Below, piece after piece: positions 36,602-46,295 of a stretch of 64,000 nt of DNA (the first letter of the stretch is position 1; each line of letters begins with the position of its first letter). Origin of the DNA: an uncultured Candidatus Saccharibacteria bacterium (GTDB lineage Bacteria > Patescibacteriota > Doudnabacteria > UBA920); assembly GCA_964490395.1 (NCBI GenBank), contig CAZBAS010000003.1:8636-72635 (forward strand). Reading direction: 5' to 3'. A program made the position numbers and the translations under genes. The notes below the pieces were generated by a model. That model did no database searches, had not been told where the DNA came from, and saw nothing but the letters and a program-made list of their open reading frames with translations.

Positions 36602-36633
36602 AAGCCCTCCGGGTGGAGGGCTTTTGAGTAAGT

Positions 36634-39186
36634 CTACGCTGGGACTGCTATGCGGTTTTTTGATTGCTCTATTTCAAAGCTGACAGCGCCGTTGGTAACG
36701 TTTGCAACAATGGTGCTGCCTGGGCCAACATGTGCTTGAATAATTTTTTCTGCGAGCGGGTCCTCTACTAAGGTTTCTATATTTTTGCGAATGAACCGCG
36801 CTCCCTGCATGGGGTCAAAGCTTTGTTCAGAAATAAACTTTGCGAGCTGTGCACTTGGCTTAAAGTGTATTTTCTGTTCTTTCAGTCTTGTCGTAAGTTC
36901 TGTGAGTTGCAAACCGGAGATCTTTCTCAGTTCTTGCATGCCCAGAGGCCTAAATACCAGAACTTTATCTATGCGGTTCACAAATTCTGGCCGGAAGTAC
37001 TGCTTCACTTGTTCTAGCACGCCAGATTTTATGCGTTCGTATTGCTCATCGAGCTCAGCTGGCTTTGGAGCTGCTGATTTTTCTGCTTCCTTGTCCGCAA
37101 AGCCAATTTTCGCTGCCTCACGGGTAAGTTCTTGCATGCCGAGGTTTGACGTCATGATGATGATGGTGTTGCGGAATGAGACTGTTTTGCCTTGGGCGTC
37201 TGTGAGAATGCCGTCTTCCAGGATTTGCAGGAAAATGTTAAAAACATCCGGGTTGGCCTTTTCTATTTCATCGAACAGTACTACTGAATACGGCTTCCGT
37301 CGTACGGCCTCGGTGAGTCGTCCGCCTTCATCATACCCTACGTATCCGGCAGGTGCGCCTACCAGCCTTGAGACATTGTGGCGTTCCATGAATTCAGACA
37401 TATCTACCCGAATGAGCGCGTCCTCATCTTGGAATACTTCGCGGGCAATAACCTTAGCAGTTTCAGTTTTCCCTACACCGGTTGGTCCAAGGAATACAAA
37501 TGAGCCAAGCGGACGCTTTGGATTGTGGAGGCCAGCTCTGGAGCGACGGATGGCTTTCGCTACTTCCGTCACAGCTTCGTCCTGGCCTACTATGTGACCC
37601 TTGAGAGTATCCTCCAAGGAAGAGAGTCGTCCAATTTCCGTTTGGGTAAGTTTGTCCAAAGGGATCTTGGTCATCATGGAAACAGTGTGGGCTATGTGCT
37701 CAGCGGTTATTTCCTGTGTTGGCTTGTCATTTTCTGTCTTAAGCTCTTCTTCTAAGTTCTGTTTTTGCTTAAGCAGAAGGTCCTCTTGGAGTCGCAAGTG
37801 TTCTGCGGTGGCAAAATCACCTTGCCATACTGCCTTGGTCTTTTCTTCTTCAAGACTCACAAGATCCGTTTCCACTTTCTTCTTTTGTCTTAGCACCTTA
37901 GAGTTTTCGGCAAGGCTGCGGAGAAAGGCAGCGGTTTCGTCTACTAGGTCCACTGCTTTGTCGGGAAGGTAGTGGTCTTGTATATAGCGAGTGGAAAGGT
38001 CTACCGCGGCTTTGAGCGCGCCATCGGTTATGGTTACATGATGGTGCTTTTCATAGTTAGGGCGAAGACCTTTGAGTATGGCCATGGCTTCTGCTGGGCT
38101 TGGCTCTTCTACCAGAATAGACTGGAACCTGCGTTCTAGTGCAGAGTCGTGCTCTATGTGTTTTTTGTACTCAGCTAAGGTAGTGGCGCCAATAATGCGA
38201 ATTTCTCCTCGGGCCAGAGCTGGCTTTAAAATGTTTGCCGCATCTAAGCTGCCAGTGGTGGCGCCTGCGCCTACCATGGTGTGCAGCTCATCTATAAAGA
38301 GGATAATATTTGGGTCTGCTTTTACTTCGTCTATAATTTGCTTTAAGCGGTTTTCAAACTCACCTCGGAACATGGACCCTGCTACTACCAGTGCGAGATC
38401 GAGACTGAGAATACGTTTGTCGAGCAGAACATCGGGTACTTCACGCTTGGCTATAGCAAGCGCAAGACCTTCTACTATGGCAGTCTTGCCTACGCCAGCC
38501 TCACCTATGAGTACAGGGTTGTTCTTTGTGCGTCGTGCCAAAATAGACACCATGCGCTCTATTTCGTGCTTGCGGCCAATAACGGGATCAACTTTTCCCT
38601 CGTTAGCCTTTTTGGTAAGGTCAGATGCAAAATACTCGAGCGCATTTCCTTTTTGCGGGACATTTGCTGGCCCACCTTGTGGTGCGTTCGGCATGCTTGA
38701 TGGGGGAGTATCGCCGTTTTCTGCAGGGAAGCGAGAAATGTTTTCAAACACTGCGAGTAGATTGTGCTCTAGCTCGTGACTGTCGCTACCAAGTTTTCGT
38801 AAAATGGTCTTGGCCCGGTTTTCCGGCATGGAAATAAGTCCATAGAGAAAATGCTCAGTACCAATGAATTGGTAGCCGAACTGACTTGCTGCTATGGCGG
38901 CGCGTTCAATGCCAAGCTTAAGGTTTTCCGAAAGGACTGGTTTCCAGCGCTCTATTTTAGAATTTGCATTTGCTGCGTCTATCTCCGGGCGAAGGCGCTC
39001 CAGAGTTATTTGGTTTCGAGTAAGTATTTCTGCGGCAAAAGAGTTTTTTTCCGCAACAATACCGTATAGTAAGTGCTCTGTTCCTATGTGGTCGCATTTG
39101 AGCTCTTCAGAGATCATTTGCGCTGCGATGAGTGCATTCTTGGCGCGAGAGGAAAGGCGCTCTAGTATGAAGTTGAAGTTTGTCAT
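36634..39186 (-). CDS. clpC: AAA+ chaperone ATPase ClpC (Clp/Hsp100 family)
   Basis: Two Clp_N repeats, NBD1 Walker A GEAGVGKTAIVEGLA, NBD2 GPTGVGKTE, and a short middle domain that favours ClpC over ClpB. Confidence 0.8.
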   Translation of the reverse strand: MTNFNFILERLSSRAKNALIAAQMISEELKCDHIGTEHLLYGIVAEKNSFAAEILTRNQITLERLRPEIDAANANSKIERWKPVLSENLKLGIERAAIAASQFGYQFIGTEHFLYGLISMPENRAKTILRKLGSDSHELEHNLLAVFENISRFPAENGDTPPSSMPNAPQGGPANVPQKGNALEYFASDLTKKANEGKVDPVIGRKHEIERMVSILARRTKNNPVLIGEAGVGKTAIVEGLALAIAKREVPDVLLDKRILSLDLALVVAGSMFRGEFENRLKQIIDEVKADPNIILFIDELHTMVGAGATTGSLDAANILKPALARGEIRIIGATTLAEYKKHIEHDSALERRFQSILVEEPSPAEAMAILKGLRPNYEKHHHVTITDGALKAAVDLSTRYIQDHYLPDKAVDLVDETAAFLRSLAENSKVLRQKKKVETDLVSLEEEKTKAVWQGDFATAEHLRLQEDLLLKQKQNLEEELKTENDKPTQEITAEHIAHTVSMMTKIPLDKLTQTEIGRLSSLEDTLKGHIVGQDEAVTEVAKAIRRSRAGLHNPKRPLGSFVFLGPTGVGKTETAKVIAREVFQDEDALIRVDMSEFMERHNVSRLVGAPAGYVGYDEGGRLTEAVRRKPYSVVLFDEIEKANPDVFNIFLQILEDGILTDAQGKTVSFRNTIIIMTSNLGMQELTREAAKIGFADKEAEKSAAPKPAELDEQYERIKSGVLEQVKQYFRPEFVNRIDKVLVFRPLGMQELRKISGLQLTELTTRLKEQKIHFKPSAQLAKFISEQSFDPMQGARFIRKNIETLVEDPLAEKIIQAHVGPGSTIVANVTNGAVSFEIEQSKNRIAVPA

Positions 39187-39487
39187 ATACGAATATGTCC
39201 GATCCGAAACTACGTATGATGCGAATCTACGAATAACTGCAAATGCGGAAAGTTTTGGTATCGTATGTTAAATATACTATTAGCAGTCTATCAATGAGAG
39301 TGATAATTGTCAAATGTCAGAAAGTGAACAGTGGATAGTGAACAGAAAAGCATTTAGTAATTACTTTCCACCGTGCACTAATGCAATGTTACACTTATAG
39401 TATACAGTACTAACTCGTGAATAATTTCTGAAGTTTTCTCTCTTTTCAGTATTCGCTATTCCTTATTCTTAATTCCGCGCCTCACCT

Positions 39488-39988
39488 ATGTGGAAACGGG
39501 TAAAAAAAGCAAAGGATGTAACCTCGGTGGAAGAAGCATACTCATATGCCCTTCGCTTACTTGAGGTGCGTTTTCGAGGTGAGGATGAATTAGAAGGTCG
39601 GTTAAAAGAAAAAGAATTTACAGGTCCTACTATTGCAAGCGTGCTGGAAAAGCTTAAAGGATTAAAATATGTAGATGATGGCAGGCTTTTGGAAGGCCTA
39701 ATACGTGAATATAGAGAGTTTGGGTTATATGGGCCGGCATATATAAAGCAAAAACTTCTACAACGTAAGCTCCCTAAATCGCACATAGAAAAAGCACTGA
39801 AAGAATTTTACACACCCGAAGACGAGCTTGCGACTGCCCGCAAATATAAGCAGAAACAAAAAATACCTAATACCATAGATGACTCTAAAGAAAAACAGCG
39901 CATAATGCAACGTTTTCTCCGTCGAGGTTTTAATCTGGGCGTGGTGTTTAAGGTTTTTGGCACATCGGGAAGCGATTCTGAAGAATAG
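39488..39988 (+). CDS. recX: Regulatory protein RecX
   Basis: 166 aa built from three-helix repeats (AYSYALRLLEVRFRGEDELEGRLKEK...YVDDGRLLEGLIREY...KQKLLQRKLPKSHIEKAL), typical of the RecX family. Confidence 0.55.
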   Translation: MWKRVKKAKDVTSVEEAYSYALRLLEVRFRGEDELEGRLKEKEFTGPTIASVLEKLKGLKYVDDGRLLEGLIREYREFGLYGPAYIKQKLLQRKLPKSHIEKALKEFYTPEDELATARKYKQKQKIPNTIDDSKEKQRIMQRFLRRGFNLGVVFKVFGTSGSDSEE

Positions 39989-40050
39989 AACGCATACCAA
40001 AAAGCATATGTCGTATCTCATAGGCGCCATGCATGCACGGCGCGGCTGGT

Positions 40051-41052
40051 TTAATGTTTCCGCCAGTATTCCATGTTGACTCTGCCTGCACGAAGATCTT
40101 TCCAGTATTGGTCGTCCATGCGGCCGTTGCTCCATCGAAATAGTTCATTTCTGACGAATTCGAATTTTTTTTCCAGTAACGGGTCGCCTAGTGCTTGTGT
40201 GTGAGCATACTCCGGTGATTCCATAAGCAGACGGACATCTTCGGGTTGCTTTTCATTTGCGGTACCTGCAAAAGAGTAGGCAGATGATTCGCCTTGTGGG
40301 CGCGATGGGTCTTTGAAGTACTGCCATATTAGTGGTGCGTGTTTAAGCTGGTTTGCGTAAACTACATTTCGGTATGCATTATCATTTCTAACAAACTCAT
40401 TGAAGTGTTCATCAAGGGCGTGGTATGTTTCGTGGGACGCGCCGTATAGTACTGGCTTTTTAATCCATGAATAAATATGGTGTGGGCTGAATACTGATGC
40501 TCCGTCTATACTAAGCAAGATTATTTTTTCTTCTTGAATATAGGCCCCGTCCATATGGTCACGGTTACCATTTTCATCCACGGCGGCTAAGTCTGTAACC
40601 AAATATATTTTCTTAAGTTGCAATTTTTGTATAAGCTCCGGGGGGAACTTTTCCATTTCTTGTTTAAGCAAATGGATGCCATCACGGAGCTGGGCGAGTG
40701 ATGTTGCCTTTTCGCCAGTGTAGTGTAAGGTACCGCTAGGAAGTGGTATGGTTTCGGTGGCGGTTTCTACTGTCCGGGGTTTAACCTCATAGCGAATATC
40801 TGCCCCAGCGAGATCAAGCTTGAAACCATATGCTGTTTCAAGCTCTTCAATGGTGCTCTCCAACTCTTCCATTGTGCTTTCTGGGTTTATTTCCGTTTCA
40901 AGAGTCTCTTTGAGCCACGGGTAGTTCATTAAGAAGCCTGCTGCCCCTAGGCCAATTGCGGCTTTTTTTAGAAAAGACCTTCGGGTTATGGGGTTTTCTT
41001 GTATGGTGGGTTCTTCCGATGTGAGGTTAGCGCCTCGATTGCGTTCACTCAT
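40051..41052 (-). CDS. Hypothetical Tat-signal secreted protein
   Basis: Twin-arginine motif RRSFLKKAAIGLGAAGF. 333 aa with no assignable domain. Confidence 0.45.
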   Translation of the reverse strand: MSERNRGANLTSEEPTIQENPITRRSFLKKAAIGLGAAGFLMNYPWLKETLETEINPESTMEELESTIEELETAYGFKLDLAGADIRYEVKPRTVETATETIPLPSGTLHYTGEKATSLAQLRDGIHLLKQEMEKFPPELIQKLQLKKIYLVTDLAAVDENGNRDHMDGAYIQEEKIILLSIDGASVFSPHHIYSWIKKPVLYGASHETYHALDEHFNEFVRNDNAYRNVVYANQLKHAPLIWQYFKDPSRPQGESSAYSFAGTANEKQPEDVRLLMESPEYAHTQALGDPLLEKKFEFVRNELFRWSNGRMDDQYWKDLRAGRVNMEYWRKH

Positions 41053-41098
41053 TTTTTCTGTATTAAAATATGCAATCCGAAATCATCAATCTGCATTT

Positions 41099-42007
41099 CT
41101 ACAGGTTCATTTCCCGTAGTCGTTTTATGCGGTCTGCGACTGGCGGGTGGGTGTTGAAGAGGTTTGCGAACCAGCCAACGCTGCCTTCTTGGTTTTTAAG
41201 TGGGTTTGCTATGTAGAGATGGGCTGTTGCTTTGTTCGCTGCCTCAAGTGGCTCTTTGTCTGCTGCTATTTTTTCGAGTGCGCTGGCAAGGCCTTCGGGG
41301 TAGCGGGTAAGGAGCGCGCCAGAGGCGTCTGCTAAGAATTCGCGTTGGCGGGAGACTGCAAGCTGGATGAGTGTCGCTATAATAGGGGAAAGCAGTGCGA
41401 GCACAAGGCCTACAATGGCAAATGCTTGGTTGTTTCCGCCTTCGCTATCGTTGCTACGCCTGCGACCTCCGCCCCACATGCCTATACGCACAAACCAGTC
41501 TGCCACAAGTGTGATTATGCCAACTAGTACAACTACTAGGGTCATAAAGCGAATGTCGTAGTTGCCAACGTGCGAAAGTTCATGGGCTATAACGCCCTCG
41601 AGTTCGGTTTTGTTTAAGCGAGTCAGTGCTCCCGTAGTAACGCAGACCACAGCATGTTGTGGATCGCGGCCAGTAGCAAAAGCATTTATGGCTGTATCTT
41701 CTATTATATAGATACGTGGCACGGGGAGACCTGCGGTTATGGTGAGGTTTTCTACAAGTCGGTATAAGTCGGGTGAGCCTTTTCTATCTATTTCCCGAGC
41801 ATGCGACATGGCCAGCGTAATTTTGTCGGAAAAATAATACGAAATAAATGCAGAAATACAGGAAAACACCACCGCAAAAGCTAAAATTCCAGGCTGACCA
41901 TAGGCACGGCTAAAGACATAACCAAGTGCGATGATTATAAGTAGGAACAAAAAGATAAGTAGGACGGACCTGCGTTTATTCTGACCAATGGCGGTATATG
42001 TAATCAT
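41099..42007 (-). CDS. htpX: Zinc metalloprotease HtpX (peptidase M48)
   Basis: HEXXH as AHELSHV, four TM helices, 302 aa. Confidence 0.8.
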   Translation of the reverse strand: MITYTAIGQNKRRSVLLIFLFLLIIIALGYVFSRAYGQPGILAFAVVFSCISAFISYYFSDKITLAMSHAREIDRKGSPDLYRLVENLTITAGLPVPRIYIIEDTAINAFATGRDPQHAVVCVTTGALTRLNKTELEGVIAHELSHVGNYDIRFMTLVVVLVGIITLVADWFVRIGMWGGGRRRSNDSEGGNNQAFAIVGLVLALLSPIIATLIQLAVSRQREFLADASGALLTRYPEGLASALEKIAADKEPLEAANKATAHLYIANPLKNQEGSVGWFANLFNTHPPVADRIKRLREMNL

Positions 42008-42074
42008 AAACTCGAATATCTAATATCGAAATCCGAAGTAATTTTCAAATTTAAATACTTAATACAAGAATACC

Positions 42075-42440
42075 CTAAGCTGTACTTTTTCGGATAATAG
42101 ACCCAAAAATTTTTGTTAGCTCATTTGCTTCTTGGGTTAATTTTTGCCTTTCTTGCTCACATTCTTCTGTGTCCACATAGATTAGCCTTAGCCAATAGCT
42201 GCTCTCTTTGGCTTCTTTGCGAGATATTTTAATGCGCATTAGAAAGTCTTTTTGGCTAAAACCTTCGTTTGCTTCTATGTAGTTTGCCCCAACAGAACCG
42301 GAAGAGCGTATAACTTGTTTGCCGTCTTCTATATTTGCAATAGTTTTTGGTAGTCGTTTAACAAATGTTCGTACATTTTTTGCGAACAGAAATGTCCTTT
42401 CCTCTAAATCATATTGTTTTTGATTTACAGTATGGAGCAT
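42075..42440 (-). CDS. Four-helix-bundle protein (TIGR02436 / S23-intervening-sequence protein family)
   Basis: The segment RSSGSVGANYIEANEGFSQKDFLMRIKISRKEAKESSYWLRL matches the family signature. Confidence 0.6.
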   Translation of the reverse strand: MLHTVNQKQYDLEERTFLFAKNVRTFVKRLPKTIANIEDGKQVIRSSGSVGANYIEANEGFSQKDFLMRIKISRKEAKESSYWLRLIYVDTEECEQERQKLTQEANELTKIFGSIIRKSTA

Positions 42441-42491
42441 CTATCCTTGATTCGAATTTCGTATTTTAGATATTCGAGTTTGCAGGTGAAG

Positions 42492-43040
42492 TTAAAACTT
42501 CACCTGAACAGGTTGTCCCTCTGGCCCTTTTTCATCTATATCGAAGTACTCTCGGGCTTTGAAGCCTAGGGCTCCAGCGAAGATGTTTGTAGGAACAGTT
42601 TGGATTTTCGTGTTGTAGTCTCGGACAGTGCCGTTGTAGAAGCGCCTCGAGGCCTGAATTTTGTCTTCAGTGTCGGTAAGGTCGCCTTGGAGCTGCATAA
42701 AATTCTGGTTGCTCTTAAGGTCGGGGTAGCTTTCTGAAAGCGCAAATAAGGATTTTAAAGTACCAGACAAGGCATTTTCATCTTTTAGCTTTTCTTCCAT
42801 GCTGCCAGCGTTCATAGCTGCGCTGCGGGCCTTAACCACATTCTCTAACACGGTAGATTCTTGCTTGGCGTACCCTTTTACTGTCTCTACTAAGTTAGGA
42901 ATGAGGTCGTAGCGGCGCTTGAGCTGCACTTCTATGTCGCTCCAGGCTTCATCTACGCGGTTCTTGGACTTAATGAGTGAGTTGTATATGCCAATAGCCG
43001 CAATAACTATAACGACTAAAATTACTATAAATATGATCAT
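42492..43040 (-). CDS. lemA: LemA family protein
   Basis: N-terminal TM helix followed by [36 protein letters not shown] perfect 11-bp inverted repeat (caggtgaagtt/aacttcacctg) overlaps the stop codon. Confidence 0.75.
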   Translation of the reverse strand: MIIFIVILVVIVIAAIGIYNSLIKSKNRVDEAWSDIEVQLKRRYDLIPNLVETVKGYAKQESTVLENVVKARSAAMNAGSMEEKLKDENALSGTLKSLFALSESYPDLKSNQNFMQLQGDLTDTEDKIQASRRFYNGTVRDYNTKIQTVPTNIFAGALGFKAREYFDIDEKGPEGQPVQVKF

Positions 43041-43934
43041 ATTATTTACTTTTTAATGAATAACCATTAGTACTCTTAAAACATTGCCCTTTCAGTATAG
43101 CACCAAATGCTTAATCTTTTCCGCACACCTCTCTTTAGATAGAGAGTGGCCGTGCCTGTGGCTGGAGTCATTAATCCTTATATCAGCTGCCCTTAGCACT
43201 ATCGGAAAATCAGTTACTATACTCCTGCGCGGCCGCGATTTTTCATAGTTACTGAGTTATTGTTAAGAGAAAGGGGGGTTGGGATAAAATTTGCAGATAT
43301 TCCGATAGGTTTGCAAAATTGTTATTTGCAAAGGACCACGGTTTTAAGTATAATAATGATCCTTCCTCTTTCTCCTCTTTCTTTCACAACAGCCTCCCGC
43401 CTCGTTTATTACCAATTTCATTCTTTGTTTTTTCAAACAAGAATTCATTTACCGTAGCTTCTCAGCTCGTAAATATAAGCATTCTGCTTAGAAATTGATT
43501 TTGAAACAGCCTGGCTGAAAGAAAAGATAAAATATTTTTGCAAGCGCAAGAATAGAAAAGGATAGGAATATTATCATACTTTAATTTTAACCCTCGGTTA
43601 ATTTTAAAAAGATAATAAGTTAGTTTCCACTTCGTTAGGAGGGGAATCGTATTTTGAAAGCGAGTAGGCTTTTGTATAAGAAATTTGTTTACAGTATACT
43701 GTTGACCTTTAATAGCTTTGCTGTTAAAACAAATTCCTTATGCACTATGCAAACTCCTTTCGAATCCTTAAAGGGTGCCATTGGCTCCCTTTTCTATTTT
43801 ATTTGACTGCATATAGTTTTCCTAATACTATTTTGATATGCAATACCGTGTGCAAAATTTTGTAGCAATTATTATTACCTTGCAGCGCGCAAGGTAAGGG
43901 ATGTTGTGTTAGCTTAGTCCAAGCACAAAATATC

Positions 43935-43966
43935 CTCTGGCCTTGTGCCAGAGGTTTTTATTTTGT
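43935..43966 (+). terminator. Rho-independent terminator at the end of a 950-bp ORF-free region
   Basis: cctctgg-ccttgtg-ccagagg followed by tttttatttt. Confidence 0.55.
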
Positions 43967-43990
43967 GCTTTTTTTGTTTAAGGAGGACAT

Positions 43991-44233
43991 ATGCGGCAGG
44001 AAGTAGAAATGTTATTGCGCGGTGTGGGAGACCATCTGCTACGAGCAGGCGGGCGTTTGGTTGCCAAAAAAAAGCCAGAAGAAGTGCCACTGGGGTGCGC
44101 GCTCCTAGTTATTGCTATTTTCTTAATGGAAAAGGCAGGGGTTCACTCTATACGAAGGCTCGAAGAGCGTGCGTACTGGATAGGGCTTCAGCACATCGTT
44201 GGATTATTTGGCTACTCGCTCGATAAGGAGTAG
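43991..44233 (+). CDS. Small hypothetical protein (80 aa) with a strong Shine-Dalgarno sequence
   Basis: aaGGAGGacat precedes the ATG. There is one hydrophobic helix. Confidence 0.45.
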   Translation: MRQEVEMLLRGVGDHLLRAGGRLVAKKKPEEVPLGCALLVIAIFLMEKAGVHSIRRLEERAYWIGLQHIVGLFGYSLDKE

Positions 44234-44333
44234 TATAGATTCCTGATTTGTAAAAGCGTCAAGTTGGACTTGTTCAGCGGGCGCTTTTTGTTTTACAGCA
44301 TTTTGATATACTGTCCCTAAGTAACTTGTTTAT

Positions 44334-44684
44334 ATGGTTATAAGAAAAGTAGAGGCACAAGAATTCGTTATACCGGGAGGGACCAAAGGAACATTGTACC
44401 CATCGAAGCCTCAAGATGCATTTAGTATTGCGCAAGTAGAAATAGATGGTCGTTACCCTGCGGAGGGTTACTCATATAATGATAGGTGCACAGAAACCAT
44501 TATTGTTTTGGAAGGTGCATTTACGTTTTACTGTGGAGGCCAGCGGGGAACTATAGAGGTGGGTGATGTTATGAGTGTAGCTGCCCCGGAGCGGTATATG
44601 CTGGAAGGCAAAGGGCGGGCGGGGGTGTTTATAACGCCTGGCTGGGATAGTGCTCAAAACCATATAGTGCAGGAAGAGGCTTGA
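44334..44684 (+). CDS. Cupin-domain protein
   Basis: 116 aa with a beta-rich cupin_2-like pattern (GTKGTLYPSKPQDAFSIAQVEIDGRYPAEGYSYNDRCTETIIVLEGAFTFY). Confidence 0.45.
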   Translation: MVIRKVEAQEFVIPGGTKGTLYPSKPQDAFSIAQVEIDGRYPAEGYSYNDRCTETIIVLEGAFTFYCGGQRGTIEVGDVMSVAAPERYMLEGKGRAGVFITPGWDSAQNHIVQEEA

Positions 44685-44856
44685 CCGTTTTTAGAATTTT
44701 AATTATTATTTTCTTAATGAAATTTGCATATTCAATTTTGCCTCTTAGCCTCAACCTCCTTCTTACCCAGAAGGCGGTGGTTTTGGCTAGTGCGTAGAAT
44801 TTTGTACGTACCGCTAAAGTTTACCGCCGCAAGGCGGTTTTTTTGTTTTGTGATTC

Positions 44857-46191
44857 ATGCGGCATTATTTGAAAAGTAATGCCACATCAGTCTCAAATCA
44901 TTACAAAACGACTGATAGGGTAGCGGCACTACTCGAAAGAACATTTCAATTTGATGCTCGCCAAGCATCTAGTTTTCCAGGAGGAAACGTGAAGCAGAAG
45001 ATTTTTCGTCTTACAGTTTATCATGCGGCAAGCATTTCAAACCGCCTAGCAGTTCTGGTGGTTTATCTGGCTCAAGTTTTTCGCAGCCGAGGGCTTCAGG
45101 CACTGCTTGAAAACGATCAATTGGCCTTGGTTTACTTAGGCCTTGAGAGTATTATTAGCAAACCAAGTGTTCGCGGAAAAGTTAAACCTGCGCGTCTAGA
45201 AGCCTATCGTCTTATCCAGAAATTTATTCCAAATTTTGGTTGGACGGTCACTCGATCGCGGCTTGGAAAACCTGTAGTTCGATTTCAAAATTATCCGACG
45301 GTGGCAGGTAAACAGCCATCGATCCAGGCTTTGGTTGCCCATGTGCTGGGTATAAAGACACTAGATTTTAAAGCGAGAGCAGTTGACCCGGTTTGGCAGC
45401 CGCTTCTTGATTTAGGAGAGGCTGGTGTAGCCCTGCGTGAATTTATCGGCGAAGTGGGCGTCACTCCGCCGGCGCTGGTAGTAAATTCGATTGCTAACTG
45501 GCTTACAGTAGCGCTGAGCGGTAGTAAATCTACTCTCGTCTGTGCAGTATGCCCAGACTGGGAAGTGGGCGAGGACGGACGTTACACCTTTTCCGGCCTT
45601 GGTTCTGGTGTGGGTCTGGTAGCGCAACGAGCTCTCGCCAAGCTGCCTGCGTGGGAGAAGTTTTGTCTACGCTGGGGTTTGAATGTAAGCTTGGTGGTGG
45701 CTATCGGAGACTTTGAGGCAACTGAAGAGGCTTGCGCGCGTGTTGGGTTGACGACGGAGTTGTTTATGCAACGTCTGCGTCTTAGCCAAAACGCGTTCGC
45801 GCAAGCTTCTACGGAAGTTTTGAGTTTGCCACTTTTGACACCGTTTATCACAGAGCTTGGGCCCTGGCTTCAGTATTACGATGAGGCCAGGCAACTATTA
45901 ACTTTTAATAATTACTCCGGATCGCTTCGGTGGTCTGCCCATGTGCTTGATAAAATTGCGCAAGCGCGCAGCTCACTTTATAAGCGCTGGTTCAAAGTGA
46001 GTAAGGTTAATGCTACCGAGCTTGCCCTAAAGCAGGGCGCGGAATACGCAGCAATTGGCAAAGTGATTCAAGAATCGAGTCTGGATAATCCTCTCATATT
46101 GGCGTTTGACCACGATGTCATGACGCCGTTCTGGCAGGCGTTACTTCCAGAGCCAGTAGCCCTTGTGTATCACAAAGGCCAAAACTACTGA
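44857..46191 (+). CDS. Hypothetical protein (444 aa); GC-richer than its neighbours
   Basis: No recognisable motif. Codon usage is visibly more G/C-rich than in flanking genes. Confidence 0.4.
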   Translation: MRHYLKSNATSVSNHYKTTDRVAALLERTFQFDARQASSFPGGNVKQKIFRLTVYHAASISNRLAVLVVYLAQVFRSRGLQALLENDQLALVYLGLESIISKPSVRGKVKPARLEAYRLIQKFIPNFGWTVTRSRLGKPVVRFQNYPTVAGKQPSIQALVAHVLGIKTLDFKARAVDPVWQPLLDLGEAGVALREFIGEVGVTPPALVVNSIANWLTVALSGSKSTLVCAVCPDWEVGEDGRYTFSGLGSGVGLVAQRALAKLPAWEKFCLRWGLNVSLVVAIGDFEATEEACARVGLTTELFMQRLRLSQNAFAQASTEVLSLPLLTPFITELGPWLQYYDEARQLLTFNNYSGSLRWSAHVLDKIAQARSSLYKRWFKVSKVNATELALKQGAEYAAIGKVIQESSLDNPLILAFDHDVMTPFWQALLPEPVALVYHKGQNY

Positions 46192-46295
46192 GCCAGCGTC
46201 TCTGCTTCACAAGCCTACTCGTGTTCCGCGGCTCGACAATAGACGAGTCGCGGAGCACGCTTTCCCAATTTTATTTTTGTTCTTACAATTGTTAT

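Noticed and set aside
36785-38779. Antisense ORFs of 270 aa and 235 aa within clpC
   Set aside because: clpC has unambiguous AAA+ motifs on the minus strand. The plus-strand ORFs are Ser/Arg-rich artefacts.
42075-43040. htpX-fourHB-lemA as a novel module
   Set aside because: LemA-HtpX adjacency is a common conserved pairing, so it is not unusual.
43760-43790. TTCGAATCC T-loop-like motif suggesting a tRNA or tmRNA
   Set aside because: No acceptor or T-stem pairing and no cloverleaf could be built around it.
46221-46295. Upstream extension of the M24 peptidase ORF (MFRGSTIDESR...)
   Set aside because: The extension reads through a likely promoter region. The internal Met at 46296 gives a conventional N-terminus.
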